Virus record (IMG/VR): IMGVR_UViG_2061766007_000727
Length of the DNA: 64,000 nucleotides
Reading direction: 5' to 3' (one strand)
Source of the DNA: an uncultured virus (IMG/VR IMGVR_UViG_2061766007_000727)
Taxonomy: Duplodnaviria; Heunggongvirae; Uroviricota; Caudoviricetes
The notes under the pieces were generated by a model. The model was not told where the DNA came from. It saw only the letters and a list, made by a program, of their open reading frames with translations, and searched no databases. Below, piece by piece: positions 9,868 to 18,770 of the stretch; positions within the stretch are counted from its first letter, which is position 1, and every line of letters starts with the position of its first letter. The position numbers and the translations under genes are program-made.

Positions 9868-9877
9868 AATTTAAGTT

Positions 9878-10279
9878 ATGAAAACCATAATAGAAAAAAT
9901 GGCATCAAATGGTCTGTTATATTTAATAGCGGAAAACAAAACACAGAAGGTCTATAAGACTATAGCAGGTTTTTTACCAATGATGATTAAAAATAACAAA
10001 AAATATTTCATTCTTGACAACAAGAAGTATCTTATAGACCCAAATAAAGTGGAGTTTGGTTATAAATATGCTTTATGTGCTGACTTTCATACTATATATC
10101 ATAATTACTCCCCCGAAAAACATTCTATTATATGGGATGTTAATTTATTATCTCCCCTAAAACATTTTAAATACAACACCTACAAGGATGCAAAAAACGC
10201 TTATAGGATAAAGTTCGGAAAAGAGCCACACGATTGGGATATTAAAGTAAGGCTGGATTGTATAGTTGTTACCAAATAA
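9878..10279 (+). CDS. Hypothetical protein (AT-rich)
   Basis: Clean ORF in operon context. Confidence 0.65.
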   Translation: MKTIIEKMASNGLLYLIAENKTQKVYKTIAGFLPMMIKNNKKYFILDNKKYLIDPNKVEFGYKYALCADFHTIYHNYSPEKHSIIWDVNLLSPLKHFKYNTYKDAKNAYRIKFGKEPHDWDIKVRLDCIVVTK

Positions 10280-10321
10280 TATCTTTAAAAGGTTATTGAA
10301 GTTAACAAATAAGAAAATGTA

Positions 10322-10705
10322 ATGGGTGCGTTAATCAACTATATCAACGAGAAACTTGACATTGGAGTTGAGTATCAGCGTGTGTTCGGAAGGCAGATGC
10401 CGAATGGGAAGTTCTTCTGTCCGTTCCATCACAACACCAACACACCTGCCGCAAAGAGGTACTTCAACGGAATAAAGTGTTTCTCTTGCGACAAGTTCTA
10501 CACAGTGTATGATTTTCTCAAGCAGTTCAATCCGAGAAGAATTGATGAAATAGCGGGCAGTGCGGTTCTGCCTAACACAAATAATATTACCTTTGTTTCC
10601 AATAAGGATAAAATCAACATCGTCAAGTACGATGAGAACGATAACATTAAGTCTATAATTGATAAAATTCTACAAGCCAATGGTATTTCAATTCAAGAAC
10701 AATGA
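10322..10705 (+). CDS. Stand-alone CHC2 zinc-finger (primase N-terminal domain) protein
   Basis: CPFH...CFSC motif; no TOPRIM domain follows. Confidence 0.8.
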   Translation: MGALINYINEKLDIGVEYQRVFGRQMPNGKFFCPFHHNTNTPAAKRYFNGIKCFSCDKFYTVYDFLKQFNPRRIDEIAGSAVLPNTNNITFVSNKDKINIVKYDENDNIKSIIDKILQANGISIQEQ

Positions 10706-10868
10706 AGTTGTGCAAGGCACAGTCTTGGTAAGAACAAAGTTATTCTGTTTGATTAAGACGCAGGACGGAGGGTACGCACTCATCAACAAGAAACAACTTA
10801 AAAACAACAACGATGATTCAGACAACGACAAACGGACACAATCTCATTCTGATACAGAACAAGGATGA
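10680..10868 (+). CDS. Small hypothetical protein
   Basis: ATG at 10680; overlaps both neighbours. Confidence 0.45.
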   Translation: MVFQFKNNEVVQGTVLVRTKLFCLIKTQDGGYALINKKQLKNNNDDSDNDKRTQSHSDTEQG

Positions 10869-13395
10869 GTTGTACGATATTATTGACAATAATGACCACA
10901 AGTCAATCTCAATAAACGTTGAGACAACAGGGTTCGACTACATCAAGGATTATATAGTTGGTGTGTCGGTGGGTATAGAGCGTGTCGATAATTCAATTGA
11001 TTCGTATTACATACCATTACGGCACAAGAACTATGGTGCGAACATAGACACCGAGCCTGTGTTCACGTTCATCCAACACCTTATAGACAATGAGCGGATT
11101 CTATTCTTCAATAGAGTGTTCTCGTTTTTCTTTCTTGAGAAGGAAGGAATCAAGTGCGCACTAAACAAGACGCACGATGTGCAGATAATGCTTTATCTTG
11201 CAACAAGCAAGTCGTGTCCTTCAAGGAATGAGTATGCGAGGTTGTTCATACCAAACGTGGATATATTCGACTTGGATTTCAGCAAGCAGAATTTCAGTGA
11301 GTACAACCCAGAGAACGCATATATCTTCTCCGCACAGAAGGCGGTTATAAACATACTGCTTGGTGCGTATGTGTGGGAGAAATACGATATGATACACAAC
11401 ATCTATCTGTTGGACAACAAGTCAAACGAGGTGGTGCGTTGGTTCTGTAAGAACTCCGAGATGTGCGTGGATTACGATTACATCAAAGCGCAGTATGAGA
11501 AAGTGAACTTTGAGATTGAGAACATCAAGTCGCAGATAAAGAGCATAGCAGGGTTTGAGATTGATATTGACAACCAAGCAACGTTATTACAATCGTTGAA
11601 GGATTTGAGAATAGTTGGTAGTGGTGTCGAGAGTATGAACAATGTCTATCTTGATGACTACAACCATCCGATAGCAAGGTTGTTGTATCTGTACGAGAAG
11701 AAACACAAGCCGTACAAGGCATCGCTTGAGAACATATTAGCCAACGATGGTAGGAACTTGAAACTGCGTTATTCAACCGTTACCGCATCCACAGGCAGAC
11801 TTACAAGCGGACACTCAAAGGACAACTCGTACTTCTCTGATTTCAACGCACAGAACGTTGGAAAGACGGAGATGGTACGATACGTTCACAAAGGTGGTGA
11901 CATCGGATTCTACGTTGACGATAACGCAGATGGTGCAGTTAAGGAAATCAAATGCAAAGGTGGATTGAGAGACGCTTTCGTGTGTCCGAGCGATGAATAC
12001 GTGTGGGTTTCGTGCGACTATAGCGGAGAGGAGATGTGTCTGCTTGCCAATTTCAGCAAGGAAATGAACTTGATTGAGCCGATAAAACGTGGAGAGGATA
12101 TTCATACATTCGTAGCGAGGAACATATTCGGAATAGAGAGCAGTGAGTGCAGAAGCAAGACAAAGGCACTCAATTTCAGTGTGGTGTACGGAATGGGTAA
12201 TTACAGATTAGCAAAGAATCTTGGCATTTCGATTGAAGAATGTGAGAAACTGCTGAAAAAATACTATGGGTTATTACGTGGTGTGGCTATTTGGAAAGAT
12301 AAGATGATAGCCAAAGCGAGAAGGCAAGGTTACGTAAGCACGTTGTTCGGAAGACCGAGAATGTTGTTCAACGAGTACCAAAGCACCAACAGAGCAGACC
12401 ACAACGCTGCCGACAGAGCAGCCTGCAACTCACCCATTCAAGGTTGCACACCACTGAACGGACATCTTGAGACGAAGGATTCCGCAGTGCGTATTAAGAA
12501 CTACGTGGGAAGGAGTGTTGTAGGTGCAGACGGAAGGGGGTTGATACTCACCCATCGTGGGGAGAGCCAACCATTGTTCTGTCTGTTCAAGAGCGGTGAC
12601 TATTTGATTTGTGACAACAACCACCAACTTGTTTACAACAATATGAAAAAACCGAAGGTAACAAGTGTGAGAAACGGATACCGAGACGGAAGGGTTATGT
12701 TGTCGAAGTTACAAAGAAAATCGTTCAAGTTGAGCAGATTCTTCTTCAAGAGTTTTTCCGACTGCAAGGCGTTGTTCACTATGTCGTGCAAGCGAGACGA
12801 TGTGATAAAGAAAACAAACAAGGACATCAATAGTGCGTTATTGAGACTTGCGTTGAGTTGGAAGTGGTTCAAGGCTGACTACGATGCCGCAATCAGTATG
12901 AGAAGTGTTGCGAGTGTGTTCGGCTACAACGTGGTGTATAGTGCGAGAAAGGACAAGTTCAAGGTTAGATTTTGGAGAAGAAGGAAAAGCGGAATAAAGA
13001 GTATATGGTGGTGTTTTGAGGATGACAGACGAGTTCCTGTGGGGACTTGTACCGCAACGAAGGGATACCAGATGTACGTCAATCAAGGCTTTTGGAACAA
13101 GAACACAGGTGCGGACATAATGAGGATTGTTCTATGCAAGTTTAAGGATTTGTTTGATAAAGATACAGAGTGGGCGGAGAATGTGAAGTTCGTTTGTTCC
13201 GTTTACGATGAGTGCAACTTCTACGTTAAGAAAAGTTACTTGGAGAAGGGGTGCAGGAAGATTTACGAGACTATGTATTTTACTCACCCTTTATGTATAT
13301 TACCCATTAAAGGTGTTGTATCAATAGGAATAGATTGGGGTCATTTAATGGAAGTTGATATTGACAAAATTAAAGATAATAAAGTGTTATTTTAA
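10813..13395 (+). CDS. polA: Family A DNA polymerase with an intein; last 42 codons supplied by the inserted element
   Basis: TGRLTS, motif A CDYSGEE, motif B KALNFSVVYG, NSPIQG/TGADI, motif C VYDE. Confidence 0.95.
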   Translation: MIQTTTNGHNLILIQNKDELYDIIDNNDHKSISINVETTGFDYIKDYIVGVSVGIERVDNSIDSYYIPLRHKNYGANIDTEPVFTFIQHLIDNERILFFNRVFSFFFLEKEGIKCALNKTHDVQIMLYLATSKSCPSRNEYARLFIPNVDIFDLDFSKQNFSEYNPENAYIFSAQKAVINILLGAYVWEKYDMIHNIYLLDNKSNEVVRWFCKNSEMCVDYDYIKAQYEKVNFEIENIKSQIKSIAGFEIDIDNQATLLQSLKDLRIVGSGVESMNNVYLDDYNHPIARLLYLYEKKHKPYKASLENILANDGRNLKLRYSTVTASTGRLTSGHSKDNSYFSDFNAQNVGKTEMVRYVHKGGDIGFYVDDNADGAVKEIKCKGGLRDAFVCPSDEYVWVSCDYSGEEMCLLANFSKEMNLIEPIKRGEDIHTFVARNIFGIESSECRSKTKALNFSVVYGMGNYRLAKNLGISIEECEKLLKKYYGLLRGVAIWKDKMIAKARRQGYVSTLFGRPRMLFNEYQSTNRADHNAADRAACNSPIQGCTPLNGHLETKDSAVRIKNYVGRSVVGADGRGLILTHRGESQPLFCLFKSGDYLICDNNHQLVYNNMKKPKVTSVRNGYRDGRVMLSKLQRKSFKLSRFFFKSFSDCKALFTMSCKRDDVIKKTNKDINSALLRLALSWKWFKADYDAAISMRSVASVFGYNVVYSARKDKFKVRFWRRRKSGIKSIWWCFEDDRRVPVGTCTATKGYQMYVNQGFWNKNTGADIMRIVLCKFKDLFDKDTEWAENVKFVCSVYDECNFYVKKSYLEKGCRKIYETMYFTHPLCILPIKGVVSIGIDWGHLMEVDIDKIKDNKVLF
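12445..13104 (+). mobile_element. Intein (220 aa) in PolA
   Basis: Interrupts NSPIQG|TGADIMR; begins with Cys, block B CDNNH, ends WNKN followed by Thr. Confidence 0.85.
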
Positions 13396-14682
13396 TTTTT
13401 TATGTTATATTTTGTTTTTAACATAAATTTTGTATTTTTGTAGTGTAATTATCATTTACACTAATGATACAAATGTTTACATACCAATATAAGTTAAAAC
13501 CCACAAAGGAACAAAGGATTCTTTTGGCGAAACATTGTGGGGCAATGAGATTTGTTTGGAATAGGTATTTGAATCAAAGAGTGGAAATATATAGAAATGA
13601 AAATCGTTGTATAGGTTATTATGACCAATGCAAGGATATTACATTGTTAAAGAAACAAGATGAGTTTAAGTGGTTAAGAGAAATAAATGCACAATCCATT
13701 CAACAATGTCTTGACCAACTTGATACTGCGTTTGGTAGATTTTTTAAAAAAAAAGCCAAGTTTCCTAATTTTAAAAATAAATCAAATGGTGGTAGTTTTG
13801 TTATACCACAATATGTTTTTTTAAAAGATAATAAAATATATTTCCCTAAATTTAAAGAGGGAATCAAACTTATATTACATAGAAAGTTTGAATGTGAGAA
13901 AATATGCTATTGTACCATAAAGAAAAGAAACGATGATTACTATGCTTTTATTTCAGTACAAAAAGACATACAACCATTAGAAAAGACAGGTGCGATAGTT
14001 GGTATTGATTTGGGTATAAAAGATATTGTTATTACATCAGATGGAAAAAAGTTTGATAATCCGAAAGCGTTGGAACGATATGAGAAACGTTTGCAACATT
14101 ATCAAAAGAAATTATCCAGACAAATAAAGGGTAGTAAGGGTAGAGAAAAAACACGTAAACATCTTTCAAGGGTACACGAAAAAATATCCAATCTTCGTAA
14201 TAATGCTATTCATAACATTACAACTCAACTTGTACGAGAAAATGATGTTATTGTAATGGAAGATTTGAACGTTGAAGGAATGTTAAAAAATCACCATTTG
14301 GCAAAGGCTATTGTTAATGTATCATTTTCAAGAATAAAAAGACAACTTGAATATAAATGTCAATGGTATGGTAAAAAACTGATAAAGATAGACAGATGGT
14401 TTCCAAGCAGCAAGACTTGTAATTGTTGTGGTTACATCAACAACCACCTTACACTCAATGATAGAGTGTGGGAGTGTCCGCAATGTGCGTCTAAAATAGA
14501 CAGAGATATAAATGCCGCAAAGAACATCAGAGATGAAGGTTTGCGGCAGGAAAATAGGGTGGCAACCACCCAAATTAACGATGATGGAGTGGAAGGTAAG
14601 ACTACACCGAACTACGAGTTAGTTGAAGGTAATGTAGCCACAATGAAGTCATAAATCTTTTTTTTACAAAAAGATAGTTGAT
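13267..14682 (+). mobile_element. IS200/IS605-family tnpB-only element inserted in the polA 3' end, carrying a replacement polA C-terminus
   Basis: Left junction after ATTTAC; right end GAAGTC...ATCTTTTT-TTAC-AAAAAGAT-AGTTGAT; the original polA tail resumes at 14683. Confidence 0.85.
13464..14654 (+). CDS. tnpB: TnpB RNA-guided endonuclease
   Basis: N-terminal HTH region, RuvC GIDLG / MEDL / DRDINAA, CNCCG..CPQC zinc ribbon. Confidence 0.95.
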   Translation: MIQMFTYQYKLKPTKEQRILLAKHCGAMRFVWNRYLNQRVEIYRNENRCIGYYDQCKDITLLKKQDEFKWLREINAQSIQQCLDQLDTAFGRFFKKKAKFPNFKNKSNGGSFVIPQYVFLKDNKIYFPKFKEGIKLILHRKFECEKICYCTIKKRNDDYYAFISVQKDIQPLEKTGAIVGIDLGIKDIVITSDGKKFDNPKALERYEKRLQHYQKKLSRQIKGSKGREKTRKHLSRVHEKISNLRNNAIHNITTQLVRENDVIVMEDLNVEGMLKNHHLAKAIVNVSFSRIKRQLEYKCQWYGKKLIKIDRWFPSSKTCNCCGYINNHLTLNDRVWECPQCASKIDRDINAAKNIRDEGLRQENRVATTQINDDGVEGKTTPNYELVEGNVATMKS

Positions 14683-14702
14683 GATACGATGTATTTCCAA
14701 CA
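14557..14702 (+). ncRNA. Predicted omegaRNA scaffold plus guide (guide from 14683); boundaries approximate
   Basis: GGGTGG-CAA-CCACCC hairpin overlapping the tnpB 3' end and a right-end hairpin, the usual TnpB omegaRNA layout. Confidence 0.65.
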
Positions 14703-14811
14703 TCCGCTTTGTGTGCTGCCGATAGTGGGTAAGTTGTCAGTGGGTACGGATTGGGGACATCTGATGGATATTGAGTTGAATCAAATAGAGAATAACACAA
14801 TTAAAATTTAG
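14683..14811 (+). pseudogene. polA: Displaced original polA 3' end (42 codons plus TAG)
   Basis: Translates DTMYFQHPLCVLPIVGKLSVGTDWGHLMDIELNQIENNTIKI*; 22/42 identical to, and the same length as, the resident tail at 13267-13395. Confidence 0.9.
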
Positions 14812-14816
14812 GACTT

Positions 14817-15095
14817 ATGTTAGAAATTTCAAATATGGACTATAGAGTAGTCAATGGTCAAAAGACTTGGCTAACGTATAAGGAAGGAAACCAAGTGGAA
14901 TGTATAATTGATGTGGCGCAAATTAGAACTATCAAAAGATACGAGTGTAAAGTTTGCGAAGGTAGGGGTTTGAGGGCAAAGTATATCAAAAAAGAAAAAA
15001 CCATTATCGAGTATTTGAATGGTGATGAAATAATTCTTAATTCACCAATATCCAATTTTTTAGAGCCATTGGGAATAAACTTGGATAATTGTTAG
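14817..15095 (+). CDS. Hypothetical protein
   Basis: ORF starts 5 nt after the displaced polA stop; CxxC. Confidence 0.65.
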   Translation: MLEISNMDYRVVNGQKTWLTYKEGNQVECIIDVAQIRTIKRYECKVCEGRGLRAKYIKKEKTIIEYLNGDEIILNSPISNFLEPLGINLDNC

Positions 15096-15301
15096 TTCAG
15101 CATAGCGATAACATCGTCACGCATAACCTTCTGCATAGTGCGTATGAGCATTGCCTTGAAGTTGGGTTGGTTACAAGCAGTCAGAATCATCTTCTCAATG
15201 GTGGGGTAACTGCTATCAATAAGCACACACTCGTCAGTGAAGACGATGAACTCTTTCGCTCTGTCGAGGAAGTCTAAAGCCGTTTGTTTGGTGTCTTGCA
15301 T
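15092..15301 (-). CDS. Hypothetical protein (only plausible minus-strand gene)
   Basis: Fills the gap, convergent stop overlap with the 14817 ORF, AT-rich leader before ATG. Confidence 0.6.
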   Translation of the reverse strand: MQDTKQTALDFLDRAKEFIVFTDECVLIDSSYPTIEKMILTACNQPNFKAMLIRTMQKVMRDDVIAMLN

Positions 15302-15354
15302 AAAATTAAAATTTCGTTTGTAAATATATATTATATTGAATAAAAATTTGATAA

Positions 15355-15978
15355 ATGAAGACGAAATTTTTACTCATATTATCTGGTCTTGTAATGCTAT
15401 TAGGATTAGCGTTGACTTTCACATATATGCGTTTCTGCACCCTTCAAGAGCAGTATAGCAACGCAATGAACAACTACAAGGCTTACGATGAGTTGCTTGC
15501 GAGAAGGTTGGATTCAGCGAATGCGAAAAACTACGAACTGAAACTGACGAAGGAACAACTTGAATACTCGCAGGATAGTGTGATACAGAAACTGAACGAA
15601 GTCAGAAAAGAGTTGAAGATTAAGCAGAAGAATATAGAGCGTTTGGAGTACATATACGAGAACACCATAAGACACGATTCGATATTCTTGTTTGATACTA
15701 TTTTGAGAGATGGTGTGAGCATAGACACCACGTTGGCTGACGAGTGGAGGGTGCTGAACTTGAAACTGATGTATCCGAACAAGATTGATATTAAAACGGA
15801 GTTTCGAAACGAGTTGAGCGTGGTGGTGAGTTCGGAGAAACAGACGATAAACCCACCATCAAAGATTTTCTTTGTGAGATGGTTTCAACGGAAACAAAAG
15901 TTGATAAAGATTGATGTGGTGGATAGCAACCCTTACGCAAGCGTGAAGGAACAGAGATTTGTGGAGATTGTTAAATAA
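15355..15978 (+). CDS. Membrane-anchored coiled-coil protein, spanin-like
   Basis: N-terminal TM plus coiled coil; late promoter; near the holin. Confidence 0.55.
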   Translation: MKTKFLLILSGLVMLLGLALTFTYMRFCTLQEQYSNAMNNYKAYDELLARRLDSANAKNYELKLTKEQLEYSQDSVIQKLNEVRKELKIKQKNIERLEYIYENTIRHDSIFLFDTILRDGVSIDTTLADEWRVLNLKLMYPNKIDIKTEFRNELSVVVSSEKQTINPPSKIFFVRWFQRKQKLIKIDVVDSNPYASVKEQRFVEIVK

Positions 15979-15994
15979 TTTAAATATTAAAGTT

Positions 15995-16459
15995 ATGATT
16001 ATTGATTTGATTTTAGACCGTAGAGATGGCGATACTTACAATCCGAAAGATTTGTATGATTATGCCGTTAGAGCCAATGCTGATGAAATAGCAAGCGCAA
16101 TGGATGGAGGTTCAAATGAAGATATTCAGCAAGCCTTGTGTGATTATGTTGTTTCAAGTCAATATGATGTAGAGGGTGGTGACATTTATAATTACATTCT
16201 ATCAGTAAATTGGTTGGATAATGATTTCGGCACAATATTGATTACGGCACAAAATGACAATACATCTACCTTGTTATATAAGGTAAGTATATCGGATGAG
16301 AATTTTGATTTAGGATTATATCTGCGTGAAAATATGGCATTATTTGATTGGCAACTTGACGATGGTGAGGAAGGTAGTGGCTATGTGCAATATTCTTGCT
16401 ATACAGAAGAAGGCAGTTATCTTTTAGCAAATTATTATCAAGAAGATTTTAATTACTAA
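15995..16459 (+). CDS. Acidic hypothetical protein
   Basis: ATG at 15995; clean ORF. Confidence 0.65.
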   Translation: MIIDLILDRRDGDTYNPKDLYDYAVRANADEIASAMDGGSNEDIQQALCDYVVSSQYDVEGGDIYNYILSVNWLDNDFGTILITAQNDNTSTLLYKVSISDENFDLGLYLRENMALFDWQLDDGEEGSGYVQYSCYTEEGSYLLANYYQEDFNY

Positions 16460-16466
16460 TAATATT

Positions 16467-16982
16467 ATGCACAGTTCAGTCATCTACGACCATATAGTCC
16501 GAGCCTTATTCGCAATGATAGGCGGAATACTCGCATACATTGAGCCGCTTCAAGAAGTGATGTATGTGGTGTTCGCAACCATATTGGTTGATGTAGCGAC
16601 CGCCTATCTGCTCAACAGACGAGTTGCTTGGAAGTACAAGGGAGTAAGTCACGGAAAGATTTCATCACAGAGGTTGAAATCGTTGGGCAGAAGTGTGATA
16701 GGAATATCGGTAATCATATTATTACTGCAAGGCATAGACCAATATTGTTTCGTGATGTTCGACTTAAAACTGCCTTATATTGCCGCAAGTGCTTTCTGTA
16801 TGATACAGGTGGTGAGTATCCTTGAGAATATGAGCAGTTGCAACGATGCGAAGTGGGCGAAGTTGTTACAGAAGATATTGGTGGACAAGACCGCAAGGCA
16901 CTTTGATATGACCGCAGGAGACTTCATCAAGGAAGTGCAGGATATGAAGGTGAATGAAAAGAAAAAGAAATCTAAAAAATAA
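16467..16982 (+). CDS. Holin
   Basis: Multiple TM helices, SILEN and DKTARHFD motifs, basic C-terminal tail. Confidence 0.8.
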   Translation: MHSSVIYDHIVRALFAMIGGILAYIEPLQEVMYVVFATILVDVATAYLLNRRVAWKYKGVSHGKISSQRLKSLGRSVIGISVIILLLQGIDQYCFVMFDLKLPYIAASAFCMIQVVSILENMSSCNDAKWAKLLQKILVDKTARHFDMTAGDFIKEVQDMKVNEKKKKSKK

Positions 16983-16989
16983 TAATGCT

Positions 16990-17472
16990 ATGAACTTAAA
17001 GAAGTTAATGGGTAAGAATAAAATAAGTGATTCAAAAAAAGAAATTATAATGATTGTTTGCCCAGAAGATAGAGAAGGTTGGAAGGCGGAAGTTACATTT
17101 GGCTCTATTCAAGAAATGATAGACAATAGATATGACTATGTGGATGGTGGTGAAGGACTTATAATAGGTGGTGATTTTAATCAAAAAATACAAAAAGTGT
17201 TTTCAACGGCATCAAAGATAGAGTTGAGAGCATATTTTATATCACCTTCCATCAAAAAACAAGTAGATGTAAAAGAAATGGAATATGGTGCAGAAATATG
17301 GAATTATAGTCGATATGGTGGTGTTATGAGTAGAGAAAATGAGTTTGACAATTATATAAAACAAGGACTTTTTCCTATAAACATAGATTGGTATGACGAT
17401 ATTACCTATATCTATGATAAAGATTACAAATTTGTACCATACTACGATAATTATAGAAAAAGATTTTTGTAA
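16990..17472 (+). CDS. Hypothetical protein with MNLKKLM leader and KISDS motif
   Basis: ATG at 16990; leader shared with ORFs at 32732, 34867 and 48317. Confidence 0.7.
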   Translation: MNLKKLMGKNKISDSKKEIIMIVCPEDREGWKAEVTFGSIQEMIDNRYDYVDGGEGLIIGGDFNQKIQKVFSTASKIELRAYFISPSIKKQVDVKEMEYGAEIWNYSRYGGVMSRENEFDNYIKQGLFPINIDWYDDITYIYDKDYKFVPYYDNYRKRFL

Positions 17473-17527
17473 ATAACAAAAAATATATTACTTTTGTGAA
17501 TGTTTAACAATTAAAAACATTAGAGAT

Positions 17528-17830
17528 ATGAAAAAGTATAGTGAAATGTATTACGATGATAGAAATATCATTATGATGCAATGGTATGAGGGTTGTTTTT
17601 CCTATATGATGAGAAACCTTGCTGATTACGTAAGTGACATTTACGATGTAGAACAGGTTGAAGCAGTATTGAAAGGTCAAGTTGAAACAGAAGTGGAACG
17701 TTCCTTAACAATAGACCGAGATGAGTACGATTATGGTGATTTTGAAATTGATGATGCCGACTTCTTCAAGAAAGATATGGTTGACTATCTAATGGGTGTG
17801 TACGAAGAAATGTATTTAGACGAAGATTAA
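17528..17830 (+). CDS. Small acidic early protein
   Basis: Own promoter (17474) and terminator (about 17862-17898). Confidence 0.75.
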   Translation: MKKYSEMYYDDRNIIMMQWYEGCFSYMMRNLADYVSDIYDVEQVEAVLKGQVETEVERSLTIDRDEYDYGDFEIDDADFFKKDMVDYLMGVYEEMYLDED

Positions 17831-17971
17831 ATAATTTCTGCATAGTTTGAAGTTTGATGGGAAAGCGTGAATCCTTAATTGGGTTTGCGCTTTTTTTTAT
17901 AAAAAATAATAATTTTTGTATTATGTAATAAATTTTCTATTATTTTTGTCGATGTAATAGCAAAGAGTTAT

Positions 17972-18769
17972 ATGAAACAATATGGCGAGATACTGATGTT
18001 AGGTAAATGCAACCAAAGGTGTTTTTACTGTTTGGGAAACGAAATGCCGAAGGCAAGCAAGGTTAACTTGATGGACACCCATTATAATGAGTGGGTGGAT
18101 TTTGAAAGATTCATATCCTTGTTACACAAAAATAATATCAAGGATATTTATCTGTCATCAGTCAACACTGAACCTATGTTATACAAGTATGTGGATTCGT
18201 TGGTACTTTATCTTATAGACAAAGGTTTTGATGTGGGAGTTAGAACCAATGGTACAATATACAGTGAGATATTCAAGTATATGGAGGGTGAAATATCTAT
18301 CAGCATCAACTCTTTGAATAACGATGTCAACCGTAAGATTTGCGGTAGAGAATCACCATTAGAAACCATAAGGAAGATAATGCGTCTGTTGGAGGATAAT
18401 AACAAGAAGTGCAGATATTCTATTCTTGTCAACGAATACAACTATAACGATATTATTGACACCATTACCACATTAAGGGAATATACGAATACCATTGAAT
18501 ACATTCAGTTGAGAAGGTGGTACAGATACAACAATGATAAGGATAACTCACCTTATAATAATATTGTGGAAAGAATCCGTAATGAATATGAGAGAGTAGG
18601 TAATTTTTATGAAAGTGATATTTATAACGTCAACGGAGTGAAGGTTTCCTTATGGAATGATGTGTTCAAAAAGGAGAGTGTTAAAAGCATAAATTATTTC
18701 ATAGACGGTAAAATGAGTGACTACAATCTGCTTGTACCCATCTATGAGGAAAACAAAAATCTTATTTGA
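17972..18769 (+). CDS. Radical SAM protein
   Basis: CNQRCFYC (CxxxCxxC), EP, TNG motifs. Confidence 0.9.
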   Translation: MKQYGEILMLGKCNQRCFYCLGNEMPKASKVNLMDTHYNEWVDFERFISLLHKNNIKDIYLSSVNTEPMLYKYVDSLVLYLIDKGFDVGVRTNGTIYSEIFKYMEGEISISINSLNNDVNRKICGRESPLETIRKIMRLLEDNNKKCRYSILVNEYNYNDIIDTITTLREYTNTIEYIQLRRWYRYNNDKDNSPYNNIVERIRNEYERVGNFYESDIYNVNGVKVSLWNDVFKKESVKSINYFIDGKMSDYNLLVPIYEENKNLI

Positions 18770-18770
18770 T

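Noticed and set aside
13267..14682. IStron or group I intron explanation for the polA insertion
   Set aside because: Only about 70 nt separate the polA stop from tnpB, leaving no room for a ribozyme core, and polA is already completed by the replacement tail.
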